Part shown: one piece after another, positions 1-11,551 of the stretch | Position numbering within the stretch: position 1 is the first letter of the stretch | Layout of the letters: each line of letters opens with the position of its first letter | NCBI RefSeq assembly: GCF_006345805.1 | Contig: NC_043012.1 | Coordinates: forward strand, 37,634,001-37,698,000 | Source of the DNA: Octopus sinensis | Taxonomy: Eukaryota | Length of the DNA stretch: 64,000 nt | Direction of reading: 5' to 3' | Notes under the pieces: generated by a model | The model's input: the letters and a program-made list of their open reading frames with translations, nothing else | Told to the model about the DNA's origin: nothing | Databases searched by the model: none | Made by a program: the position numbers and the translations under genes

Positions 1-620
1 CAAGATCTACAAGCACCTGATAACATCCCAGGTGGCAAGTGTTTAATCTTGGTTTTCATCCAACCCAGGGCTGCTGCTCCATTAAAAGAAACAAGCTGAA
101 CAAACATGACTTAGTCACCATCCAAGAATCTCTGTCAATGCAACAGCCTCAGCACATTTTTTGAATCATTAGCCACGGCATAACAAACCTTACATGCAGA
201 GAAAACTGGCAGCAGATTGACAAGATGTGAAAGAGTACATTTTGTTCATTGCTTGTGGAAAGAAAGCATGAAAACTCGGGCAAAAGCACTACAGTCATGT
301 GGTAATGCAGAACAGAACTAATGTATACATTAGCCACTTCTGACCAATCTTTCAAGAAAAGATTCCTCTCGACTGATTTCTAGTTTAACTTTAATTCTAT
401 CTACCTGGAGGTTTGGCTTAAATCAGAGCCCAAGTACCTTAAAAGAACCATCAGTCAAATAAACCATATCATTGAATAGGGTGGACTTGCCCTCACCAAG
501 TGCCAAGTTGAAAGCTCGCTTATTTTCTTAATGTTTGTTGCTGTTCCAGCTTCATATTTCTTCAGTGTGGTACCAACCGCCATCACATACACTTCCACAC
601 ACGCACAAAGACAAAAGTTA
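1..620 (-). mobile_element. Possible highly degenerate LTR-retrotransposon pol remnant
   Basis: A stop-ridden minus-strand reading has KVLGL and AAALGW-type fragments resembling Gypsy/BEL RT-RNaseH; weak resemblance only. Confidence 0.2.
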
Positions 621-881
621 ATTAACAACAATGCTAAAGTTTGAAACAAAACTAAAGAAAAATATAATGAAGGAAAGTAATGATGCAGGGTGATGTTTGT
701 TGTGTGACTGTCATGTTTGTATTTTGGTATTAAAAACTGGGCACCATGTCAACTGTGGAGTAAATGTTTAGGGTGGACACACCTCAAAGAACAACATGAC
801 AAAAAAAAAAGCAAAAAGAAACAGAATTTAAAGAGAGATTCTTGGATAAACACAACAGCAACAAATGAAGAAAGAGATATT

Positions 882-3729
882 CATCATCATCGTTTAATGT
901 CCGTTTTCCGCACTAGCACGGGTTGGATGGTTTGACAGGGGTCTGGGAAGCCAGAAGGCTGCACCAGGTTCCAGTCTGATCTGGCAGTGTTTCTATAGCT
1001 GGATGCCCTTCCTAACACCAACCACTCCGTGAGTGTAGTGGATGCTTTTTACGGGCCACCGGCAAAGAAGCCAGTCAAGGCAGGGCTGGCAACGGCCACT
1101 TTCGGATGGTGCTTTTTACGTGCCACTGGCACAGGTATCACAACTACTATTTCCATTTGATATTTATTTTGATATTGATGTACTTGACTCAATAGGTCTC
1201 CTCAAGCACAGCAGGTCACTCTACGATCCAAGGTAAGCACAGAAGGCCGTTCTGCAATCCAAGATACTTTGAATGGGCTGGGGCTATGCGAAACTGGAGC
1301 AGGAAGCAGCCCGGGTCTTTGCAGTCACAGCATATCTCCAGAGATCTCAGTCCTTCGTCATTGCCTCTGTGAGGCCCAACGCTCGGAGGTCATGCTTGTC
1401 TACCTCATCCCATGTCTTCCTGAGTCTAACTCGCCCTCTGATACCTTCAACTGTTTGGGAGTGGCACTTTTTCACACATCTCTCCTCATCCATCCGCAGT
1501 ACAGGACCATACCATCGCAAGCGTCTCTCTTGCACACCACATCTGATGGTTCTTATGTCCAGCATTTCTCTCAGGGCACTTACACTCTGTCGTGTGTGCA
1601 CATTGACACTACACATCCAGCGGATCATGCCAGCTTCATTTCTTTCAAGTCTACGCATGTCCTCTGCAGTCACAGCCCATGTTTCACTATCGTGAAGCAT
1701 GGTGGTTCGCACACATGCATCATACAATCTACCTTTCACTCTGAGCGAGAGACCCTTTGTCACCAATAGAGGTAGGAGCTTTCTAAACTTTGCACAGGTT
1801 ATTCTTATTCTAGTGGTGACACTCTCTGAGCATCCACCTCCACTACTAACTTGGTCACCTAGGTAGCGGAAACAATGAACTATTTCTAGTTTCTCCCCAA
1901 AGAGTGTAATGGAACCTGTTTTCTGAGTATCTGTGGTGTCTATTGCTCCTGTGCATCTGCCGCACACGAAAGCTATCTTATCAGTTAATTTCCCTTTGAT
2001 GTTGCTGCACCTCTTATGCATCCATAGCTTACACTGGGTACATCTTATGGAGTTTCTACCTACACCTTTCCTACAGATCGAGCAAGGCCACCTGCTCGAG
2101 GGGGTGTGTGATGAGTTCGCCTTTCTGCTTACTATAACTTTGGTCTTTGCTACCTTGACTCTAAGGCCTTTTGATTCTAAACCTAGCTTCCACACCCGAA
2201 ATTTCTTCTCTAGTTCCGGTAGCGATTCTGCGACGAAGGCTAGGTCATCAGCATAGAGGAGCTCCCAGGGGCAACTTGTTTTGAATTCCTCTGTTATTGC
2301 CTGGAGGACTATGATGAATAAAAGGGGACTGAGGGCTGAACCTTGGTGGACCCCTACTTCTACCTGAAATTCTTCACTATACTCATTGCCAATCCTAAAC
2401 TTACTGACAGTCTTTCTGTAGAGGGCCTGTACAGCCCTTATTAACCATTCATCAATCACCAGTTTCCGCATCGCCCACCAGATAAGGGATCGGGAGACCC
2501 TGTCAAAGGCTTTCTCCAAGTCCACAAAAGCTATGTAGAGGGGTTTATCTTTAGCTAGGTATTTCTCCTGCAGTTGTTGAACTAGGAATATGGCATCAGT
2601 GGTGCTTTTCCCTGGCACAAAACCAAACTGCATTTCATCCAAGTTGACTCTCTCCCTAATCAGTTGGGCTATGACCCTCTCTGTGACCTTCATCACCTGA
2701 TCCAACAGTTTAATACCCCTGTAGTTATTTCTATCTAGAGCATCACCTTTACCCTTGTAGCAGTTGACTATGGTGCTGCTACGCCAGTCATTGGAATGGA
2801 TGAACTACCTGGTTTACAATGCAGGTGACAAGGCCATAGCTCACACAACCAGATGTTTTAAGCATCTCAGCGGTGATTCCTGATGGGCCGGGGGCTTTTC
2901 CTGGTTTCATACCCTTAATTGCCTTAACTACTAGGGAGCTGTCTATTTGGATAGCTGGTCCCTGTACTGGATCAACATTTGGCAGGCTCCCCTCCTCCCA
3001 TTCAGCAGTCTCTCATAATGGGTTCTTCAAGACTTTTTCTTTTCAGAAACATTGAAAGCAAGTGCCCCATCATCCATACGGACACATTTCTCTCCTGTGA
3101 CATCACTATTTTCTCTCACACACTGTCTTGCAATCCGAAATACCTCAGTTCTTTGGTCCTCACATCGCTGGACATTGGCAAACTTCTTCTTTTCTGCTTC
3201 CCCCTTGGCTATGTATACCTGCCGCTGAGCCTCCCTTTTGGCTACTTGGTACAGTTCCCTGCTACCCCCATCCCTCCAGGCTTTCCAGGCCTGTTTCTTT
3301 GCTCTAATGGCTTTGTCTACTGTACTAGTCCACCACCATGTAACTCTAGGTCTGGAAGGGACTTTGCACCAGCCACAGACTTGGTCTGTGGCACTCAGCA
3401 AGCTGTCCCGTAGGTATTTCCAGCTACCTTCTATGTCCAACGTCTGTAGCTCCTCCTCCCTCTCATCAAATTTCTTGTCCCTAAATCTCTGACCATGTGA
3501 AAGGTTCTTTAACTTCCAAATCCTTCTTTTCTGGATTGGTCTGCTTCTTGGTATCCTTCTGGCCTCGAGGCTAAAGTCACTAATGATTAGCCTATGCTGG
3601 GGGGTACATTCTTCACCCAGGAGGGTCTTTGTATTTAAGAGCAACCCTGCATCCCGCTGTCTGGTGAGGATGAAGTCTATTTAGCTAGCGGAGTCCCCTG
3701 ACTGATAAGTTATAAGGTGGCAGTCTGGA
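882..3729 (-). mobile_element. RTE-clade LINE, 5'-truncated, copy 1 (C-terminal APE, RT, 3' UTR, (GAT)n tail)
   Basis: IDFIL...EECTPQHRL (APE end); QFGFVPGKSTTDAIF, FVDLEKAFDRV, VGVHQGSALSPLLF, LLYADD, FRYLG in ORF 1347..2705; frameshifts between ORFs; (CAT)n at 882 on the plus strand. Confidence 0.95.
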
Positions 3730-3763
3730 CATTATATATATAGATATATATATATATATATAT

Positions 3764-4031
3764 TAAAGGTGCAGGAGTGGCTGAAAGAAGCCCATTGTAT
3801 GTATGTATATATATGTGTGTGTTTGTGTGTCTGTGTTTGTCCCCCCCAACATCGCTTGACGTCCGATGGTGGTGTGTTTACGCCCCTGTAACTTAGCAGT
3901 TCGGCAAAAGAGACTGATAGAATAAGTATTAGGCTTACAAAGAATAAGTCCTGAGGTCAATTTGCTCGACTAAAGGCGGTGCTCCAGTATGGCCGCAGTC
4001 AGATGACTGAAACAAGTAAAAGAGTAAAAGA

Positions 4032-4035
<4 letters not shown>
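3764..4035 (+). mobile_element. tRNA-derived SINE family A, internally deleted copy
   Basis: Head ggagtggctg fused directly to aaagaagccc; body and (aaagagt)n tail match the full copy at 23475. Confidence 0.85.
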
Positions 4036-4066
<31 letters not shown>

Positions 4067-4309
4067 GTGGAAACAGGTTGTATATATATTTATATAACTG
4101 GGCATCACTAGCATCAAAAATATCACCATTACTTCCAATATCATCACTGCCACTAGAGTTCCCATCAACATCACCATCACAAACACCAATATTCCCTGCC
4201 ATCAATTAACTCCATTATCACATCATCATCATTATTATCATTATAAACATCACTACTATCACATTCACAAACATTACTAGTGCCACCACTATTACTATTA
4301 CTCTCATAC

Positions 4310-4406
4310 CCTTCGCATGTGTGACTAGTGGGAGGATCAGTACAGTTGATAAGATAATTGGAATCTGGTCTTCTAATTACAGATAGGGAGAAATAATGAG
4401 TGACCA
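4310..4406 (-). CDS. Exon, 97 nt, phase 1-2: (M)VTHYFSLSVIRRPDSNYLINCTDPPTSHTCE(G)
   Basis: Acceptor tttactttcttatcag|, donor AGG|gtatga. In frame with the exon at 5460-5512 and inside ORF 4177..4557. It could instead be a terminal exon reading to the stop at 4177. Confidence 0.7.
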
Positions 4407-5459
4407 CTGATAAGAAAGTAAACTTTGGTATAAAAAAAGGGATACTAAAACTGAAAGACAAACAGACAGACATTCCTGTTTGGGAAAAAAAAAAACCGAA
4501 AAACCTTGCAGAAGTTGAGAAATGTGAAAAATGTAGACAAAAATAGTTGAGATGCAAGAAAAGAGATTAAAATTAGATTTGTTAACTGTGTCAAGAATAA
4601 ACTGGAACCAATAATGGAAAAAAAAGTGGAAAGATTTCAAGAATCTGGTCATTTCTAATAAAAAATCATTAAATGGCTCAATGATTTAAGACAAATAATG
4701 ATTATTAATCCAATTTTAATTGTGGTGAGTAATTTTATCTTCCATCCGTTATCCCTCCATCTTCTCTGCCCACTATTCCTGGTAGGGTCATGGAAGCAGA
4801 GAAGGTGCATGTCGGGCTCACAATGATGAGGTAGTGAGTTCGGTTCCTAGACCGGGCTGTGTGTTGTATTCTCGTTCTTGAGCAAAACACTTTATTTCAC
4901 ACGTCCCTCATACATATTTGTCTGTGTTAACTGCATCACAAAAATGGAGCCTTGTACTTTTTGTTGGAAACCAGCTTCCCCCTCAGTAGAAGATTTATAA
5001 CAATTAAAAACTAGAAGAGACACACACACACACACACATACAATGGACTTCTTTCAGTTTCCACCCAACAAATCCACTAACGAGATTTTGGTTAGCTCAG
5101 GGCTAAAGCAGCAGACACTTGCCCAAGGTGCCATGCAATTGGATTGAACCCAGAATCATGTGTTTAGGAAGCCATATTTCTTATCATACAGCCACGTCAG
5201 CACAGGAAAATTGTAGCAGTTATAGCAGGAAAATTCTGGGACTGAAACAACCGCTAATAGAGATTTAGTCAAATTTCCTATAACATCTTTCATTTCACCA
5301 ATTCTGTGTAACCCAATTTTGACCTTTCATCTTGTGTGTATTGGGACAGGGGAGATCATTAAGTACCAGTAATTACCAGTGATTCATTCAGCTGCATCCC
5401 TTGGATATATATCTGTAACAAAGAAGTAGAGTAAATATTATTTTCTATGACTAGCTTAC

Positions 5460-5512
5460 TTTCTGGATTAAGCACATGGCCAACATAGTGACGGATAGTG
5501 GAAGAAATATAA
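5460..5512 (-). CDS. Exon, 53 nt, phase 2-1: (S)YISSTIRHYVGHVLNPE
   Basis: Acceptor tttgctttcag|, donor AAA|gtaagc; phase matches both neighbours. Confidence 0.7.
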
Positions 5513-5609
5513 CTGAAAGCAAACTAAGCCTCACCCTAATTCACAAAAGAGAAAAGGATTGGAGGAGTATAATAGATAAAATAGGACTTTCTCTTCTCAA
5601 ATATTTATT

Positions 5610-5840
5610 GTACTTGGTTACAACAAAATGTAGTGTGACTAACCTAAAATATGGTGTGACTTCAACAAAAGATGGTCAGGCTACCACAAAACAGTGTGGC
5701 TGTTGCAAAATAGAATGCAGCTAGCACAAGACGGAGTACAACCCTACAAAACAGAGTGTGGCTCTCACAAAATAAATGTAGCTGCTACGAGATGAGTGTG
5801 GTTACTACAAAACTGAGGTGTTATATCCTCAAAAATAGAA
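5610..5840. repeat. Old degenerate ~20-21 bp minisatellite (consensus near gtgtggctactacaaaa)
   Basis: About 10 diverged units with recurring gtgtg(g/a)ct...caaaa. Confidence 0.6.
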
Positions 5841-6227
5841 AACCGCAATTGAAACTGCTCAGTTTGGTCTGTGTGTGTGTGTGGATATCGTGTCATCTTG
5901 TTGTAGTCTATAACTCTCTCTATCCCAAATTGCTTGAATCAATTATATTTGCTGAGTCAGCATCTTTGGATACAATGATGTTGGCATCTATCACAGCAGT
6001 CAAGAAATGGACAGACAGACAATCACACACATGCACAGTCAAATACATACACAAATTCATACAATGCAGACACGTATTCACACCAAAGCTAATGCTCACA
6101 CATGAGCCGTGTGTGTGTGTGTGTGTATTTCTTTGACTGCCAAGAGGTGAGGCAGGGGCAATTTCCTCCTGACGTCTTACCAATGTTTCTCAGTATTATA
6201 GTATTATCTATGTGCCTACACACACAA

Positions 6228-6258
<31 letters not shown>

Positions 6259-6267
6259 AACATTATA

Positions 6268-6316
<49 letters not shown>

Positions 6317-6475
6317 CAGTACACATCTCACACACAAATATATAAACATGTAATATACATTTGTGCATGTGTGTGCATCAGACATGTATATATACATGCA
6401 CACACGAAGTCCAATGTAAGCATGAACTTTTATTTATATATATTTATATAATGTATGTGTGTGTGTGTGTATATA

Positions 6476-7905
6476 TCATCGTCATCATCATTTAACGTCC
6501 GTTTTCCATGCTAGCATGGGTTGAACAATTCAACCAGGGTCTGGTAAGCCATGAAGGCTGCACCAGGCTCCAGTCTGATTTGGCAGTGTTTCTACAGCTG
6601 GATGCCCTTCCTAACGCGAACTACTTTGTGAGTGTAGTGGATGTTTTTTACATGCCACCGGCACAGGGGCCAGAGCAGGCTGGTAAACGACCACGATCGG
6701 TTGGTGCGTTTACATGTCACTGACACGGACGCCAGTCAGGCGGCGCTGACATCTGCCACGTTTGGACGGTGCTTTTTACGTGTCACCGGCACAGGTGTCT
6801 TAACTACAATTTCCATTTGAATTTTTATTTTGATGTTGACGTTTTTGACTCAACAGGTCTCCTCAAGAACAGCGGGTCACTCTACGATCCAAGGTAAGCA
6901 CAGCAGGCCGTCCTGCAAGCCATGGACTCACTTCATTTGTCGGGTCTTCAAAGTCACAGCATAGCTCCAGAGGTCTAAGTCTTTCGTCGTAGCCTCTGTG
7001 AGGTCCAACGCTCGGAGGTCATGCTTGTCTACCTCATCCCATGTCTTCCTGGGTCTAACTCGCCCTCTGATACCTTCAACTGTTTGGGAGTGGCACTTTT
7101 TCACACATCTCTCCTCATCCATCCGCAGTACAGGACCATACCATCGCAAGCGTCTCTCTTGCACACCACATCTGATGGTTCTTATGTCCAGCATTTCTCT
7201 CAGGGCACTTACACTCTGTCGTGTGTGCACATTGACACTACACATCCAGCGGATCATGCCAGCTTCATTTCTTTCAAGTCTACGCATGTCCTCTGCAGTC
7301 ACAGCCCATGTTTCACTATCGTGAAGCACGGTGGTTCGCACACATGCATCATACAATCTACCTTTCACTCTGAGCGAGAGACCCTTTGTCACCAATAGAG
7401 GTAGGAGCTTTCTAAACTTTGCACAGGCTATTCTTATTCTACTGGTGACACTCTCTGAGCATCCACCTCCACTACTAACTTGGTCACCTAGGTAGCGGAA
7501 ACTATGAACTACTTCTAGTTTCTCCCCCTGGAATGTGATGGAATCTGTTTTCTGAGTATCAATGGTGTCTATTGTCCCTGTGTATCAGCCACACACGAAA
7601 GCTATCTTATCAGTTAATTTTACTTTGATATTGCTGCACCTCTTATGCATCCATAGCTTACACTGGGTACATCTTATGGAGTTTCTACCTACACCCTTTC
7701 TACAGATCGAGCAAGGCCACCTGCCCGAGGGGGTGTGTGATGAGTTCGCCTTTCTGCTTACTATAACTTGGGTCTTTGCTACCTTGACTCTAAGGCCCTT
7801 TGATTCTAAACCTTGCTTCCACACCCAAAATTTCTTCTCTAGTTCCGGTAGTGATTCTGCTATGAGAGCCAGGTCATCAGCATAGAGGAGCTCCCAGGGG
7901 CAACA
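6476..7905 (-). mobile_element. RTE-clade LINE, 5'-truncated, copy 2
   Basis: CPWELLYADD, PHD-like block, RT C-terminus, 3' UTR and (GAT)n tail; ORFs 6928..7395 and 7585..7977. Confidence 0.95.
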
Positions 7906-8519
7906 TTGGTGTTCGCTGAATTTTTCCTCTAGAGAACTTTCTTTGTAGTTTGATCGTTGATGATCTATTTCTAGCATACAGCTGACTCCCTAGCAGTCTT
8001 GCCCTGCCAATATACACATATATTAGAATTTTCTCTGACTTCTCAGATTTTTTGTATGTTAGACTACTGGTTTTAAATTGATATTAAAATTAATATTAAT
8101 TTATCTCCCTCATTATTTAAATATATATATATATATACAAAAAATTCAGGGTGAATACTTGATAATCGTAAGCACCTGTATATGCCAGTTAGTGGTGTAG
8201 GTGATAGAGTATATTTATCAAAAGAAAAACATGATGCAAAGGATTTAGCGGTACATATGTTTCTGGCTTTTATTAGACGGCTTATATCAATGCATAATTG
8301 ATATAACATGTATGTCAATAGCTTTCTTCAGCCGCACACAATTACTACTTCAAGGACATGTATTACATTATAAGTTTGGGAAAAAGACGATTTACGTTGG
8401 GGATGCAAATCCTCATAGTCATGTACAACAGAGCGAGGCACCAAAACAAAAACAAAGCATCCATCCCGTTTTTCACTCGACGTAGAATATATACATATAT
8501 ATATATATACATATACTCT

Positions 8520-8930
8520 TTATCTTTTTTTTTTTTTTTCTAGTTTCAGCTCAGAGCTGCGGCCATGCTGATTGCACCGCCGTTTTGTGCTACACTGTTA
8601 TTGCGAAGAACCTCATCTAATATGTGGCACTTGGTGAAGAATGGAGTTTGATATAGCTACCCTCATTTGCACCTCTTGCCGTGAGGCAGGTTCATCTGGG
8701 ACTCTCGACAGGAAGATGACCAGCTTTGATTTAAAAACCGCTACATCTACTTTATGCAAGTTCCTCAGACTCTTTGGGAGAATATTAAAAAGCTGTGGGC
8801 CCTTGAAACCCAGGCTGTTGCAGAAGCTGGTCCTGCATTGGTGTAGCTTACAATGCCAAAATTTGGCACAATTCCTTCCAGGATCTTCCAGACTTCCAGA
8901 TATATATTACTGCATACCTCTCCCGTAGAA
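8520..8930 (-). mobile_element. CR1-like LINE 3' end fragment
   Basis: Degenerate minus-strand reading of ERYxxIYxWK...GFQGP type; ends ggcggtgcaatcagcatggccgcagctctgagctgaaactag followed by A-rich tail. Confidence 0.65.
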
Positions 8931-9455
8931 GTATGCTGTGCGGGAGAAGACCCAGCAGGACAAGTGAGACCATAACCCGTGGCCTCTACACGGGATGTAG
9001 CCAGTCCACTTATGCATACTTTCCTTCTTGGGACACAAAACTCTACTTGTGAAGACCTGTTGAGGCAAGTGAGAATCGAAATTGATCAATGGAAATTGCA
9101 GCTGAGATATCAGTGCCAGTGGCATGTAAGAGAACCATCTGAACGTGGCCGTTGCCAGCACCGCCTCGACTGGCCTCGTGCCGGTGGCATGTAAAAAGCA
9201 CCATCCGTTCATGGCCATTGCCAGCCTCACCTGGGCCCTGTGCCGGTGGCACGTAAAAAGCACCATCCAATCATGGCTGTTTGCCAGACTCTTCTGGCAC
9301 CTGTGGAGTGGTTGGCATTAGGAAGGGCATCCAGCCATAGAAACATTGCCAGATCAGACTGGGCCTGGTGCAGCCTTCTGGCTTCCCAGACCCCAGTTGA
9401 ACCGTCCAACTCATGCTAGCATGGAAAGCGGACGCTAAATGATGATGATGATTAT
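8931..9455 (+). mobile_element. RTE 3' UTR fragment with (GAT)n tail
   Basis: Matches the reverse complement of the copy 3 UTR (40100-40260) and the UTR end of copies 1 and 2. Confidence 0.85.
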
Positions 9456-9684
9456 GATGTTGATATATATATATCCATTACTGAAGCTTTACCTGGGATA
9501 AGTGCTTATATATATAATTCAAAGAGAGTTAGAGGTTGTGAATCCAACCAACTAAGGGATAGTATCTATCCAATATACTGCTAGGAGAATACCCAATTAA
9601 TACACAAGTCTTGGTTATTGCTTGGCAACTACCTTACTGAGTATAATAATTAGTCGAGGGTAATAAGTGGTTTCTCCCTTAATT

Positions 9685-9891
9685 TATATGGCAAGAAGAA
9701 AATGGAGGGAATCCAGAGGTAGTATTCATCAGCTGTTAGACATTATATTATGTCTGTTTATTTATTTTAAACAGTTTAGATAACACATGTATTCATATAA
9801 TATTTGAACTGTTTAAAATAAATAAATAAATAAATAATATAATGTCTAACAATTGATGAATACCATCTCTAGATTGTCTCCATTTTCTTCT

Positions 9892-9900
<9 letters not shown>
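9685..9900. mobile_element. Fold-back MITE with ~90-bp terminal inverted repeats in a TA context
   Basis: tatatggcaagaagaaaatggag...ttaaacagtt is inverted as aactgtttaa...ctccattttcttcttgccatata; followed by long (TA)n. Confidence 0.8.
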
Positions 9901-9989
<89 letters not shown>

Positions 9990-10057
9990 ATGAATTGCTC
10001 CATGATGGTAAGATCAACAAAAAAGTACTCTATCTGCTGAGAGATAAATATTATTTA

Positions 10058-10252
10058 ACAGACACAATACAAATTTTTATGAGTTACTAATAGTTTCATA
10101 TGATGAGAAATACTTCAAATATATCCATCAAGCACAAACCACATACCATAATGAACAGTATGACATATGGTTTGTGCCTGATGAATATGTTTGTGGTATT
10201 CTTCAACATATGAAACTGTTTGTAGCACAAAAACATGTATTGTGTCTATTAA
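10058..10252 (-). ncRNA. Long imperfect hairpin, pre-miRNA-like core at 10120-10195
   Basis: On the minus strand: 34 consecutive pairs (5 G-U) closing an 8-nt loop CUGUUCAU; the outer imperfect stem extends about 60 bp further. Confidence 0.45.
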
Positions 10253-10495
10253 GTATATATGACAGAAACAATGAATACAGAACATAAAATATACTTCATT
10301 TATCACAACAATTGTTTCGGCACATCCTGCATCGCTCCCTCGTGGGTGGAGAACTATGCAATGAATTACAGTGCAGAAGCATCTCATCAGGTGATATAAC
10401 AGTTTCTCGTTACATAAGTAATATTTTGCTCTTAATATCAACAAGTGAATGTTGATAGTAGTCGGATTTAAAATGCATTGAGAAAGAATGGCAAA

Positions 10496-10570
<75 letters not shown>

Positions 10571-11356
10571 TGGGCTTCTTTCAGTTTCTTTCTACTAAAT
10601 TCACTCACAAGGCTTTGGCCAGCCCAGGACGATAGCAGAAGAAATGTGCCCAAAGTGTCACACAGTGTGATGGACAGAGAATCTTGAGGTTGGAAAGCAA
10701 GCTTCCTATGATACAATCATAGCCTCATCCATGGATGTGACTGTTTTGTCTGAAGTTGTGGAAAAAGAAAAATACAAATTATTGTGGATATTATAGATCT
10801 TTTGTCAAGTCAATAGATTTTCTTTCACAACTATTATTTTTAGAGGACTGGACTATGTAAACGAGAAATTTATACAAAAACCTAGAAATGCTGGAGTCTT
10901 CCTGGAAAAACCATATTGACTGGCATGTTCCAAATCCAACAGATTTGGTACAGTGAAGATTTGAAAAACCTTCCAAAAGATTCTTCATTTACATTTTCTG
11001 GAATGAACATATAAACACATACAGTCACACAGGTATGTGTGTTATGCACACACACACAAACACACACACACACACAGACATACATACTTACACAAAGAGT
11101 AATCAAACACACATTTGTGTAATAATATGTACACCCAATACATATACATGCACTTTCAAATATATACACGCATTAATTCTCACACATTCACACATCAATG
11201 GAATTGTTGTGACGCAAACAGAGAAGATGTGTCACATTGTTAGCAGACAGCATGAATTCTGCAGAGAAACACTGAAAATAAATCTCAACGGTAAACAAGC
11301 TTACATTGACAGATAACGGATACAAAACTGCATTATGTACATACATAGGTACATAC

Positions 11357-11406
11357 CTGAACTGGATGTAGAGCAAAGTGTTAAGGTATGAAAATGTACC
11401 ACTTAC
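11357..11406 (-). CDS. Exon, 50 nt, phase 0-2: VSGTFSYLNTLLYIQF
   Basis: Long pyrimidine tract atttatcttttcttttcttcctttag|, donor CAG|gtatgt; only one frame is open. Confidence 0.7.
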
Positions 11407-11551
11407 CTAAAGGAAGAAAAGAAAAGATAAATAAGAAGATGTATGGATATATATCGATTATGATGAATGTATCAGTACGTAATTACGTATGTTCACAAAA
11501 GACATTTTTTCTCTTTAGGTAAATAAATACATATATTGATAATTTGAATGC

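Noticed and set aside
8386-8420. Hammerhead-like relic on the minus strand (CTATGA-GGAT/ATCC-CCAAC-GTA); similar hint at ~18555-18595
   Set aside because: Core positions are deleted or substituted and stem I is not intact; too degenerate to call.
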